A DNA stretch of 64,000 nt, taken from IMG/VR virus record IMGVR_UViG_3300043425_001634, positions 1 through 64,000 of that record; one strand, 5' to 3'. This document shows positions 19,165 through 29,213 of this stretch, one piece after another; the first letter of the stretch is position 1, and each line of letters starts with the position of its first letter. This DNA comes from a virus. A program made the position numbers and the translations under genes. The notes below the pieces were generated by a model. It was given only the letters and a program-made list of their open reading frames with translations, had not been told where the DNA came from and searched no databases.

Positions 19165-19449
19165 TTACCCCCTCGCTTTCCCCTCTAATGTACCCATGCT
19201 TCCGCTTGATGAAATAGTGGCAGCTATCCAACTATTCCTGGGCAATGCGCCACTGGTAATACTAATCCCTCTGACAACACCCCCGGCAAGTCCAGTGGAC
19301 AAAAACTGTCCTGTTTGTGGATCAACTCCAGCAAACAAAGTATTTTGCACTCTATTTGCCATTGACCATTGATTCTGCTGGCGATCGCTTTTGTACTGAG
19401 ATCGCTGTTGTTGTCGCTGAGATGCCGATAAAATTTCGCGAATATTCAT
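19165..19449 (-). CDS. Small tail-region protein
   Basis: Tightly packed in the tail operon. Confidence 0.6.
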   Translation of the reverse strand: MNIREILSASQRQQQRSQYKSDRQQNQWSMANRVQNTLFAGVDPQTGQFLSTGLAGGVVRGISITSGALPRNSWIAATISSSGSMGTLEGKARG

Positions 19450-19450
19450 A

Positions 19451-20113
19451 TTACGTCACCAGTCCAAATATAAATTTAATTTTTCGCTGTTCATTCGCTT
19501 GAACAACTTGTTCTCCAGGAAATTCGACATAGCTATCCAGTTCCCCGGTAGTGCTACCCCTAGTCGCAGATCCTCCTCTTATAAGAATAGCTTTATTAAA
19601 TAAAATTGACGTGGAACCTTCATTAATCCAAGTTGTTTCCACGGTAGGATAAACTGCCACTCCATTGGCGTTAATAGTTGGCTCTACACCGGGAACTGTG
19701 ACTGTTTGCCTAGCAGTGTAACTTGCTTCCTTGGCTACCCACTGAGCAAGGCTAGACGTATCAGAATCTAAATCTTTTCTGTTGACTGTAAAATTACCAC
19801 CGTTGGTAGTTAAATCAATGGGAGATCCCCCACTGGTTGCGGCAACCTTAAAATTAGCTGCGGTAATCTGAACAGCATAATAAGTCGCAGTAGAAAGCAA
19901 TGGGACAGGTAAATCGCCAAAAGAATCGGAAAATTCAATTGGAGTATTTTCAATGAACCCGTGGGGTTGAGTCGTGGCGACCTGATCTAGTGTTGCGCTT
20001 GCAAGCGCACTAAAAGATGCAACCGTATCGTTAATCAGAGCGATCGCAAACGTCGTTCCTTGAGGATAAATTAGCTTTAAATTGGCTATTTGGCGACTTT
20101 TGGTGAGAGGCAT
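19451..20113 (-). CDS. Minor tail / structural protein
   Basis: HGF...P.PL....TYY.......FKVAAT.GG..IDLT motif common in virion proteins; start MPLTK at 20113. Confidence 0.65.
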   Translation of the reverse strand: MPLTKSRQIANLKLIYPQGTTFAIALINDTVASFSALASATLDQVATTQPHGFIENTPIEFSDSFGDLPVPLLSTATYYAVQITAANFKVAATSGGSPIDLTTNGGNFTVNRKDLDSDTSSLAQWVAKEASYTARQTVTVPGVEPTINANGVAVYPTVETTWINEGSTSILFNKAILIRGGSATRGSTTGELDSYVEFPGEQVVQANEQRKIKFIFGLVT

Positions 20114-20751
20114 TTTGCTAATTCCGTCGGTATAAATTCTCGATTGGCTAAAAAGTAAATCCAAGCCATGATTTTTTTAAATTTCCACTTTTTCTGCAAA
20201 TTGCGACTTCCAAGCTGTTCAAAAAAATCATATTGAAGTTGCTCATCTTTTGCGATCTTTAAAAATATTGGCTCTTGAGTATAAAAATAAAGATTTTGAT
20301 ATAAATAATTTAGCGATCGCTCTAACTCTCCGTACATGGCAAGCAAATCTTTATCGCTCAATGCAACGCAATCAGTCCCAACAAATCGCTGCACTGGCTC
20401 AATAGTAGCAGTCCCTCCTCTGATGTAGTAAATATTTTGCTTATTATTTTGTCCTTCCGAAAAAATGCACAGCCGCTTTTCTTCTGGTGCGAAAATTTTA
20501 ACACTATCTCCCGTCATTTGTGAATATACTCTCTTTAGTATCAGAGAGTGGCGAAACTCTATCTGTGATTCACTTAATAGTAATTTCATTCCCCGAATTT
20601 GAGATGCTTCTGCCAAAAAACACCCCAACCTATACTCAATGATCATCAAAAACTTAACAATCTGAGCAATACCAATCTTTGCCAATGCCCGACCAAGAAT
20701 TAGCCTAATTAGCCAGTATTCGAGACTAAGGGGATGTAACGACTTTGCCAT
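20086..20751 (-). CDS. Possible ferritin-like four-helix-bundle protein
   Basis: E...EFRH...E...KIAKDEQLQ spacing. Confidence 0.45.
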   Translation of the reverse strand: MAKSLHPLSLEYWLIRLILGRALAKIGIAQIVKFLMIIEYRLGCFLAEASQIRGMKLLLSESQIEFRHSLILKRVYSQMTGDSVKIFAPEEKRLCIFSEGQNNKQNIYYIRGGTATIEPVQRFVGTDCVALSDKDLLAMYGELERSLNYLYQNLYFYTQEPIFLKIAKDEQLQYDFFEQLGSRNLQKKWKFKKIMAWIYFLANREFIPTELAKCLSPKVAK

Positions 20752-23700
20752 TTTCCGTAACTACTTCTCCATATTTGTTAACCAGTATAGCATTAAATCT
20801 GATATCGCCAGTTGTTGTAACAACAAATCCATTTTCCGTAACAATTTGTCCGTAGCGATCAATTACAATTACGTCAAATTCATCGGTGACAGATTGGGTC
20901 ACTACAGATCCCCCTTCTGTTAAGACTCTACCATACATATCGACTACTATTAATCCAAAATCTAACGCTGTCACCTGAACTGTTTCTACTTCTGCCTGGA
21001 TTACAACTTTTGGCAACTGCTGAACTATTAAATCAGCAAAAATCAAACTTGACTCAGAAGCTAGAACAATTACTTCTGCTTGAATTTCGTAAACCAATGG
21101 CAGCTTAATATAGGGATCTACCACTGGCTTGGCTGTTACGATAATATCAAAATTGACAATATGTTGGACTCCCTGAGAAAGAATTGTTGCTGTAACAGGA
21201 AATGTTCCAGAAGATAGTGGTCGCCCTTGTAAAAATTCTTGACTTAAGGCTATGCCAGAGGGCAATCCCGTGGCTGATTGAATGCCTTGTAAATATAATG
21301 TAATATAATACCCTTCATCCACTATAAAATCCTGGATTGTTGGCGGGGGTGGCGGCGGGGGTGAAGCGGCGGCAATCGAATAAGTGGCAGAAGTAATTCC
21401 CGTGGGGGTAGGTTGCTGGACAGTAAAAGTGTAAGTGGTGCCAGGGGAGACTTGTCCTGATAAAGTTTGCGTAATCGGATCAAACATAACGTTGGGTGGC
21501 AATCCTGACACTACGGCAGAGGCAGTGAATGACGGAACGGCATTCACTGCCTCTACGGTTGAATAAGTGATAGTCCCATTGCTGTTTTGTGTCGCGACAA
21601 CAAAAGAAGTTGATGAACCAGCATCACCAGAAATTGTGCTGGTAACAGGATCAAAAAATACATTTTGTGGTGCGCCAACTAAATAAGACGTTGGCTGATA
21701 TGTACCCGTATTTTCCGTGGCAACAAGGGCAAAATCGTAGTCTTGCCCGTTAATGCTGGCTGTAATCGTATGAGTGCCAGTAGTGATCGGACTGCCTTCA
21801 AACCTGCCGGTTGAAGGATTGTAAGTAATTCCTTCTGGCAATCCTGTTACGGTCGAGCCAGCAGGAATTTGATTTAAGTTGTTATTGTTGGTTCCCGATA
21901 AAGTGTAACTCGTTCCAATTGACTGATAAGTAGTTCTTGGGTTTACAGCGGGAGTAGAAAATATGTCAATCGGATAAAAAATATTTTTAAGTTGAATACT
22001 TCCACTATAAATTCCAGGCGTTGCAGGATAACCAGAAATTACACCATTAGAAAAATTCATACCGGCAGGCAATCCAGTCACGATCGCCTCTCCAGGGAGA
22101 GGAAATGGCGGTATGCTCCCCGCGTAAGTCAAGGAATACCCGCCGGGATTGTTTCGGATGATCTGAAAATTTCCGCACTTGGCGGCTGGATATTGAATCT
22201 GTCTAAATACCGGGTCTTTGATTTCCCTGTCATTTTTGCCCACATAATTGCCAGTCCAGGCAAATTCAGCTTCGTTCACGGAAGAACGAACACAAGAAAC
22301 CACTAAACCGTCACAGATGTAATGGCCATCCTTGATATTTACGGAAACAAAAGGCTCCCATTCTTCTAAAAACCAAGGATAATAAATGGGATGGCTAACG
22401 CTTCGAGCATAGCGGCGGTGCCACTGAATTTTGCCAATTAATTGCGCCATTAACTGAGCATTTTTTTGACTGGTCAACCAGTCTACATTCTGTTCTTGAG
22501 TTTTTTCGGTGCAACTATCGTAGGGCAACTCAAAAACATCCTCACCACAAAATGTTACTGTTCCAGTAGGAGTTTCCGCCTCGCGGTATGTTGGTGCGGG
22601 GGGCCTGGAATCTTCTTGCGTGGTGATTTCAATTAGTGCTAAGTCACCGGGTCTGACAGTGACAATGGGTTCCTTGGGTTTCTCTTCTACAGGAACTTCT
22701 CCTATCGTAAATGTACTGCCTTCGGGGTCTTCGTTGGGGACGACCCCATATTCCCACTCTGGTTTCTCCGAAACATTAAAAGAAGATTCTTTTCGGATTA
22801 TATCTCTACGCTTGACTGTTCGCCTGTACTTCCAGCGATCGCATTCAGCCAATTTTTTCCTTGACGCACCGGCAGCACGGGTTCCGCCACCTGGCGTTTT
22901 TTTGCTCCATGTTTCGTTGATTTCTTCTCTAATCATAAGAGGTGTAATTTGTCTTACCCCCTGAGTCGAAGTGCCTTGGGCAAAAAGAAATTGAGAATAT
23001 TTTGTTAAAATCTTTTGCTTAATTACATTGTCATCATTTTCAATTTTTAATTTTTTTTCTCGACACTTGCTACCAGTATCGTTTTCTGAACTTTTCTTGC
23101 CATTTAATAACGAGAAATCAAAAGCCGCTCTAATCCCCCTGCTTTTAAAAATAAATTCTTCGATTTCCTGTTCAGATCCTTTAAGAGAGAAGTCGTCGGG
23201 AAAATTTGAAGGGAACATTGAACAGAGTGCTTTTTTTCTGGTAATTGTTCTTTTGTATAAACGATTTTCTCGATCGTAATACCATGTTTCTGTTTCGTTA
23301 GATTCGGTAATTAATCGTGTGCTACCTTGATATTTTTTATTGTCGGGCATTATGTCTCCGAGGGCTCGCTGGACTACTCTGGTGACAACATCCTTATCTA
23401 TCTTCCTGTCAACCGGACTAATCGTTTCTCTTCTAATCACAACATTACTTTCGCCGATGTAGCCCCAGGTTTCAATTGTCTCACCACCATCGCGATCTCC
23501 GCAGTCTGCAACTTCGTCTTTTGTCCCGGTGACAATAATTCGTTCGTAGGGCCGCTCTGGACTGCCTTCTCTTTCATATTTGGCTACGCGACTTCTAGAC
23601 AGTGAGGCGATCGCGCTAGTGGGATTAAGCGGATATTTGGCCAATCGGATTTTCCCGTCGCGATCGCACCATAACCAATGGCCGTGAGCGCCTGCTACCG

Positions 23701-24265
23701 CTTGGGCAAATTTAATGTAGGACCCATTCACCTTGACCAAGGGTACAGCGTAACTTCCCTCCGGTGTATAGCTTGACTCAAAAGCAATATCCGCCTTTGT
23801 TAGGTACTCCGCCCCTGACTCTGGGTTTTTTCCTGCTTGAATCAAAGCAAGCTTCACTACTTCCCACCAGTCATTGTCTTTTCCGACTTTCACCCCCTCT
23901 ATTTCGTCAGCGGGCGATCGCCAGTCTAGCAAGCCCAGCTTATCTGTCACCTCCGCCGTACCGCGCCCGGTATCTTCGTCATAAAAATAAGAGTCAATTT
24001 CTAAAGTTAAAAATTTAATATTACCAAAATAAACTTCTAGCGGCTGCTGGCATCTTTCCCACCGCGAAGGATTTTCTAGCTCACTTAAACTTTCTTTAAA
24101 TGGCTCCCCTTCTTTTTGAGCAACATTAAGCGTCCCTTTCCAGATCAAAGGAGTTGTGATTTCAGCAATGGGATGACGCACTGAAAAATCAACAACAATT
24201 TCGGTGATATCTAAATCACCGAGCATCCAGCGACTATTCTGTGGAAGAACAAAATTAAGGCTCAT
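20726..24265 (-). CDS. Tail tip/hub protein with repeated putative Ig (He_PIG-like) domains
   Basis: WLWCDRDGKIRL hub-like motif; repeated GLP.G......ISG.P units in the C-terminal half. Confidence 0.75.
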   Translation of the reverse strand: MSLNFVLPQNSRWMLGDLDITEIVVDFSVRHPIAEITTPLIWKGTLNVAQKEGEPFKESLSELENPSRWERCQQPLEVYFGNIKFLTLEIDSYFYDEDTGRGTAEVTDKLGLLDWRSPADEIEGVKVGKDNDWWEVVKLALIQAGKNPESGAEYLTKADIAFESSYTPEGSYAVPLVKVNGSYIKFAQAVAGAHGHWLWCDRDGKIRLAKYPLNPTSAIASLSRSRVAKYEREGSPERPYERIIVTGTKDEVADCGDRDGGETIETWGYIGESNVVIRRETISPVDRKIDKDVVTRVVQRALGDIMPDNKKYQGSTRLITESNETETWYYDRENRLYKRTITRKKALCSMFPSNFPDDFSLKGSEQEIEEFIFKSRGIRAAFDFSLLNGKKSSENDTGSKCREKKLKIENDDNVIKQKILTKYSQFLFAQGTSTQGVRQITPLMIREEINETWSKKTPGGGTRAAGASRKKLAECDRWKYRRTVKRRDIIRKESSFNVSEKPEWEYGVVPNEDPEGSTFTIGEVPVEEKPKEPIVTVRPGDLALIEITTQEDSRPPAPTYREAETPTGTVTFCGEDVFELPYDSCTEKTQEQNVDWLTSQKNAQLMAQLIGKIQWHRRYARSVSHPIYYPWFLEEWEPFVSVNIKDGHYICDGLVVSCVRSSVNEAEFAWTGNYVGKNDREIKDPVFRQIQYPAAKCGNFQIIRNNPGGYSLTYAGSIPPFPLPGEAIVTGLPAGMNFSNGVISGYPATPGIYSGSIQLKNIFYPIDIFSTPAVNPRTTYQSIGTSYTLSGTNNNNLNQIPAGSTVTGLPEGITYNPSTGRFEGSPITTGTHTITASINGQDYDFALVATENTGTYQPTSYLVGAPQNVFFDPVTSTISGDAGSSTSFVVATQNSNGTITYSTVEAVNAVPSFTASAVVSGLPPNVMFDPITQTLSGQVSPGTTYTFTVQQPTPTGITSATYSIAAASPPPPPPPTIQDFIVDEGYYITLYLQGIQSATGLPSGIALSQEFLQGRPLSSGTFPVTATILSQGVQHIVNFDIIVTAKPVVDPYIKLPLVYEIQAEVIVLASESSLIFADLIVQQLPKVVIQAEVETVQVTALDFGLIVVDMYGRVLTEGGSVVTQSVTDEFDVIVIDRYGQIVTENGFVVTTTGDIRFNAILVNKYGEVVTENGKVVTSP

Positions 24266-24363
24266 GTCTTAACGTTTACGGCACCAATGAATTTTTATTA
24301 TAACAAAATATTTAATTGATTGTCAATTTTTTCAAGAAGTATTACAATTATTGAAAATGCCTC

Positions 24364-24675
24364 TTGATGTGTTCCATATTCGACAATCGTGCTATGAACG
24401 CGAAAATAACAGAAATTAGCGAAATTCTTAATGACGATGGCGAACAATTTATCTTTTGTAAAGGACATCTTGACAAAGATGTTTTTTTAAAATTAGCTAA
24501 AGAATTTTTAAAAGACAATTACGGAGATAATGTAGAAATTGAATTAGATGAACCAACTTATTCATCCGCCCGGTGGACTTATGATTTCCCAAATAAGCGT
24601 AAATGGCTATATTTAAGTGGGCAATCAGGCAAAGGCGCTTTTAAGGTAACTGCGGCTCAATTCAATATAGAGTAA
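24364..24675 (+). CDS. Hypothetical protein
   Basis: Isolated ORF divergent from the tail operon. Confidence 0.6.
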   Translation: MMCSIFDNRAMNAKITEISEILNDDGEQFIFCKGHLDKDVFLKLAKEFLKDNYGDNVEIELDEPTYSSARWTYDFPNKRKWLYLSGQSGKGAFKVTAAQFNIE

Positions 24676-24903
24676 AGCTAACTAATTAGTTCCAAAGAGA
24701 CTGATTTCAAGCTGATTTTAAGCTAATTTTGGCGTCACTAGACAGCATTGTTGCAGCAATCTTTGTAACTAAAACGTAGCTAGTAAATATCACATAAAGA
24801 CATAACAAAGTGACAAAGCGTCATTACAGATACCTGTATTTGGAGCTTTGTCACTTTGACCGGGTTAGGTGTTGGCGTCAGAGTGATGCCAACGGGCTAT
24901 GTA

Positions 24904-25335
24904 TCACAAAAAAGGTTTGAAATTAGGCTTCTCTATCCATTTAGTCCAGTCATCCATATAATCCGCTGGGATGCGATCGATAGGAATGTAACAGGTGGAT
25001 TCTGTTGTACCGGGGGGGGGTATGTCGGCCCAGGCATAGAATTGACCGTCCGCTAGACACAGCCAAGCGGTTGATCCCCATTCATCTTTGTACTCACGGC
25101 GATAACGGCGGCTTGAACGGTAATCCAAGATAGGGTGCTGTCGCCACGTTAGAAACTGAATTTTGTAGGCATCCCATAGGGGTTTACGGTGGGTTTTATT
25201 TTTTGGGTCATACAGACTGGGTAAAATTTTTGGGCATTTTCTGCGAATTTCAGCGACCGTATCAAAGCGGTAGTAAGCAGTGCTTAAATACTCGCAAATA
25301 TCGCGCCAACCTCTCATCTCACAATAAGAAATCAT
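24904..25335 (-). CDS. Hypothetical protein
   Basis: ORF with ATGA overlap to the upstream gene. Confidence 0.6.
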   Translation of the reverse strand: MISYCEMRGWRDICEYLSTAYYRFDTVAEIRRKCPKILPSLYDPKNKTHRKPLWDAYKIQFLTWRQHPILDYRSSRRYRREYKDEWGSTAWLCLADGQFYAWADIPPPGTTESTCYIPIDRIPADYMDDWTKWIEKPNFKPFL

Positions 25336-25547
25336 TCCTCATCCTTTAAATACTTGCGTAAATTTTCTGTCAAACCGTCTAGCTGTTGAAGCCGTCTGTA
25401 AATTGGCCAGAGGTAACTTTCAACGGGGTACGATGATTCGTTACGATAACGCTCAAGTTCTGACATATCATACATAGCAGCCTCTATGGTTTTGGCGTAA
25501 GTTTTTAAGAAATGTTGCCCAAGTTCTTGTAATTTTTGTTCACTCAT
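25332..25547 (-). CDS. Hypothetical protein
   Basis: Short helical ORF. Confidence 0.6.
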   Translation of the reverse strand: MSEQKLQELGQHFLKTYAKTIEAAMYDMSELERYRNESSYPVESYLWPIYRRLQQLDGLTENLRKYLKDEE

Positions 25548-25564
25548 TTTTTTACTCTATTAAT

Positions 25565-25582
25565 GGGGGCAATAAAGCCCCC
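25565..25582 (-). terminator. Hairpin downstream of the parM-parR pair
   Basis: GGGGGC-AATAAA-GCCCCC. Confidence 0.5.
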
Positions 25583-25609
25583 GTAACTGCTTAAAACAAC
25601 CCGTCTAAA

Positions 25610-25786
25610 TCATCTATAGCGCTGTTTTTTTGCTGATTGTTGGTCAGTTGGTTTTTGACCCTGTAGATTCACAAAAAGCAGCGAGTTAACCGCTCCTGAA
25701 AAACTCCTCAGCCCTAGGGATTTCTGGTAGCTTTCGACCATCTCAGCCACATCATCTCTGATGTATGCTCGCTTAACTGCTTTCAT
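25610..25786 (-). CDS. Small ParR-like (ribbon-helix-helix) adaptor, missing from the ORF track
   Basis: MKAVKRAYIRDDVAEMVESYQKSLGLRSFSGAVNSLLF...; TAATG-coupled to parM. Confidence 0.6.
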   Translation of the reverse strand: MKAVKRAYIRDDVAEMVESYQKSLGLRSFSGAVNSLLFVNLQGQKPTDQQSAKKQRYR

Positions 25787-26793
25787 TAGGCAACCTCACT
25801 CTTAACTGATGATTTTTGGGCGATAATGGCTAATCCCTTAATGTGGGAATTTTGCGGGTCATTGGCTACGATAAAGCCTTTAGATTGTGCGAATTTTCGC
25901 AGGATGTTGGCACCGCCCCCACAGAGAATGATATTGTCGATTTCATCCGCCATTGGTGCCAGATTTTGTAAGGCTGGCTTGATAGCTTTTTCCGCCCATA
26001 AACGTAACCGCTTTTGATAAATCTCACTGATGTTAACCCCGGTAGATCCATACTGGAAATCTCCCATAATCGCCCGTTGCAATAGGTGAATTTTTGCCTC
26101 ACCGCCAATAGCTTTTTTAAGGGATGGATCGGAGGCGATCGCACCCAGTAAGTCAGCGATACCCGCATCCGACACAGACCGTAACTGGGGGATTAGGCTA
26201 CCGTTGGGGGAAAACCCGGTGCTGATGACCGTGCCATGCCCGATGTCCAGAATGGCGTTAGTTGACCCGCGTTCGATCGCACCATCAGTCAGACAGCTAA
26301 CGAGACATCCGCTTGACTCTGGTTTCAGGGTGACGCGCTGAATCACAAGGGTCATGCGATCGCCGTTACGACTGATGACATGGCGGCCCTGGATAGCGGT
26401 ACGGAATTGATCGCCCAATATGCCCGTATCTGGAAGTGATGCCAGAATCTCAGGGATAGTGATGGTTTCACCCTGATATGTGGGGCGAATGGCATTGCAC
26501 ATCAAAATCAGTCCCCAAGTCACTTTGCCCCGGTTTTGCCCCTCTGACACGATCGCTTGGAAACCAGCCGGGGAACTGATAGCCGCCGCTGTTCCCACTG
26601 CAAAAGTCCGACCAATCAGGTCAGAGCGATCGCCGTCATGGTAAGTGATGATTGCCCCGTTGTTGCCCCGGTCATCGCAGGCTTCACTAGGATCCGCTAA
26701 TTCGGCGATATGTGATGGGAAAGTGCTTACCTGAAAGGGATTTAGGGCGATTTTAGAGAATCCGTTGCCGATATCAATGCTGAGAGTGTTCAT
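25786..26793 (-). CDS. parM: Actin-like plasmid segregation ATPase (ParM/StbA family)
   Basis: SIDIGNGFSK, ILDIGHGT and ILCGGGAN actin-fold motifs. Confidence 0.9.
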   Translation of the reverse strand: MNTLSIDIGNGFSKIALNPFQVSTFPSHIAELADPSEACDDRGNNGAIITYHDGDRSDLIGRTFAVGTAAAISSPAGFQAIVSEGQNRGKVTWGLILMCNAIRPTYQGETITIPEILASLPDTGILGDQFRTAIQGRHVISRNGDRMTLVIQRVTLKPESSGCLVSCLTDGAIERGSTNAILDIGHGTVISTGFSPNGSLIPQLRSVSDAGIADLLGAIASDPSLKKAIGGEAKIHLLQRAIMGDFQYGSTGVNISEIYQKRLRLWAEKAIKPALQNLAPMADEIDNIILCGGGANILRKFAQSKGFIVANDPQNSHIKGLAIIAQKSSVKSEVA

Positions 26794-27142
26794 AAGTCTG
26801 AATTGTCCTAATGTAGGTTTGTCTGGGTTTTTTGGTCTACTTTGGTCTATGGGGTTGATGTCGCCTCACAATTAGCTATATCCCTTGTGTGTTAAGGTTT
26901 TTTCCCTGATTTTGGCAGGGCGCCGATACAGGGCTAAATATGCCTAAGCTAGGCAGATAAAGCCCTATATAGGCTATGTGAGGCGATACCGGGTTAACGT
27001 GAGTCTTTTACCCCGTCTTGATAGGCGTCAAACTCGATTTTTAAGTGTTCCAATTCCCTTTGGGATTGCACCGATTGAGTGATGCCAAACGTGGCAAGGG
27101 ACGCAAGGGCGATCGCGCAAATTACTCCGATTAGTCCGTCGT

Positions 27143-27343
27143 TCATTTTTTCACCCCATACATTTCTTGAAAAGTGTCGTTACAGGTTGCTTCAAAGACC
27201 ATCGCTGCATGAATGGCTTCTTTAGCAAAATCCTCATAGCAATCAGGCTTTAGGGGTAGCTTGTGATTTAGAGAATGTGCGTAATAAGCCTTGATTAAGG
27301 CTGCATAAATGGCAAAAGCTTTATCGCTGTCAAAAGTATGCAT
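27143..27343 (-). CDS. Hypothetical protein
   Basis: ATG with GGAG ribosome-binding site. Confidence 0.6.
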   Translation of the reverse strand: MHTFDSDKAFAIYAALIKAYYAHSLNHKLPLKPDCYEDFAKEAIHAAMVFEATCNDTFQEMYGVKK

Positions 27344-27352
27344 TTTTTGCTC

Positions 27353-27817
27353 CTAAAATAACGATAATTGGATGGGTTTAGAGCGTTCTGTCATTTCCTT
27401 AAAAGATTTCTTTATGCTGTCTATCAGGGCATCGTAGTCGCATCCGCCGACGGGTTCAAAAACGACACACAACCCGCCCTTAAAGAGGCATAGACTTGCA
27501 CCATCAGTCGTTACGTCCCATCCGCAAACGGTAGTTATGATTTCCTCAGAGTCCGGTGAATCAAGGGATTCTAGGTTAGGCTCAAAACCTAACTCAATCA
27601 GCTTTCTGGTTTCTTGGTTGTAAGGAAGTGGCATGATGGCACTATAGTAATAATCCAAAACTTTAATGATTTGAGCCTTAGTTAACCGTGACCAATCGCG
27701 CTTGTCAAAACCGAGTGACCGGAAAAACCGCCGCGTGATTTTGAAGGCAGTTCGACTAAGGTGAGAGATTTTGGCCTTAAGTTGCCGGATGGTTAGCGTT
27801 GAGTAAAGTCGTTTCAT
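27353..27817 (-). CDS. Hypothetical protein with HeH-like N-terminus and C-terminal QLSLF motif
   Basis: LTIRQLK...LTKAQIIKVL; ends PIQLSLF. Confidence 0.65.
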   Translation of the reverse strand: MKRLYSTLTIRQLKAKISHLSRTAFKITRRFFRSLGFDKRDWSRLTKAQIIKVLDYYYSAIMPLPYNQETRKLIELGFEPNLESLDSPDSEEIITTVCGWDVTTDGASLCLFKGGLCVVFEPVGGCDYDALIDSIKKSFKEMTERSKPIQLSLF

Positions 27818-27843
27818 AGGTTCCTCACTGATAAATGAAGTAC

Positions 27844-27867
27844 CCCCATAGCCCGAAAGCTATGGGG
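27844..27867 (-). terminator. Stem-loop
   Basis: CCCCATAGC-CCGAAA-GCTATGGGG. Confidence 0.55.
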
Positions 27868-28108
27868 CGTAGGGGTTTTACGCTAGTTCTTTGGCTGCGA
27901 TTGCAGCCACCGTGCTGATAACTTGTTGGTCAGATTCAGACCGTGAGAATTCGGTGAAAGATTGCTTTAAGGTCAGAATTAGCGCCGCCGTTTCCGCGTC
28001 CCGTGGGGTGCGCTTCAAACTTGGTAAAGAAGTGCTTACGGGCTTCAAAAACGAGAGCCTGAGAGCGGTCTAACCGATAGGTGATGCTGTCATGGGTAAA
28101 GGTTCTCA

Positions 28109-28447
28109 TTATTTCCACCCCCGCATCAATTCATCTGCCAGTTGTTGTTCGTCAGTCGGATCAATGTCGTCACCGGCGATGATGTCGTAAGCTTCTTGTA
28201 GAGCCACGTCCGCGTCATCGTCATCCGCGTCGTCGTCATCTAGAGATTCTTGAATTAAACCCAAAATTTCGTAAACCGTATCGCTTGCGCCTACCAATTC
28301 ACGAATTGTATTTTGGTCATGGCGCGATAACAGGTCTAGCGCTACCCGCAAGTAGTGGTCAGCATCCGAAAGCGCCTCTAAGAAGTCCGGGGCATCATCC
28401 TTTAATCGGCGGATGATGCAATCGACATCAAACTGTGTTATATTCAT
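28109..28447 (-). CDS. Highly acidic hypothetical protein
   Basis: Asp-rich DDDDADDDADV tract. Confidence 0.65.
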   Translation of the reverse strand: MNITQFDVDCIIRRLKDDAPDFLEALSDADHYLRVALDLLSRHDQNTIRELVGASDTVYEILGLIQESLDDDDADDDDADVALQEAYDIIAGDDIDPTDEQQLADELMRGWK

Positions 28448-28752
28448 AGGTAATGAACCTTCTAGGTACAGGTATGCCCGTGTCAGCGAAACCGTCGAAA
28501 GTTTTTGCGCTGATGCGGGTTTTAACGTTTTTGGGGTTTATGGGGTTGCATCAACGTGACCATAAGGGTCAGTCTCAACCATTCTTGGTGAGGCTTGTTT
28601 TTGCTTGCCATGCTTTGTATTATAGCACGGCATTGACTTGATGCAACCTATTTTGAAGAATAAATAAAATGACTTGATTTGGATAAAACTTAATGCAATC
28701 TATCATAAGATAGAGTACAATAGACATGATAAACTGATACTGAGGTTACGCT

Positions 28753-29028
28753 ATGGCACAAATTATAAGTATGGGTAAGGTACGGTGGCGTTTAAATGAG
28801 ATCATGGCTAGATACTTTATCAGGGTTGATTACTTGGCGGAAAAGGTAGGCATTTCCGCTCAGTCACTATCAAATATGAAAAATCGTGACGATATGCCAC
28901 GGATCGACGGTGACAGACTTGGGGCGCTATGCAGACACTTAACCCTGATGGCAAGGGAGCGTGATCCGTCGGTTCTGATAACCCCTAATGATTTGATCGA
29001 ATACATCCCAGACCGTGACGCGGCATGA
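28753..29028 (+). CDS. Cro/C1-type HTH transcriptional regulator
   Basis: VRWRLNEIMARY...LAEKVGISAQSLSNMK...ITPNDLIEY; GAGG ribosome-binding site. Confidence 0.85.
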   Translation: MAQIISMGKVRWRLNEIMARYFIRVDYLAEKVGISAQSLSNMKNRDDMPRIDGDRLGALCRHLTLMARERDPSVLITPNDLIEYIPDRDAA

Positions 29029-29085
29029 CCCCACTTTTCGCAAAGTGGAGTTAACGCTAGAATAATAAATCTTCAATAAAAATAT

Positions 29086-29117
29086 AAAGGGCGAGGATTT
29101 TTCCTCACCCTTTTTTT
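29086..29117 (+). terminator. Rho-independent terminator
   Basis: AAAGGGCGAGGA-TTTT-TCCTCACCCTTTTTTT. Confidence 0.65.
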
Positions 29118-29213
29118 ACTCCTCAATCTCAACACCACCGTAAGCTAAAAACTTTAGACGATTTACCTCAAACTTAAAATGGCGGTGTTATTGGCGTTAA
29201 CAAGCCTATCTAT

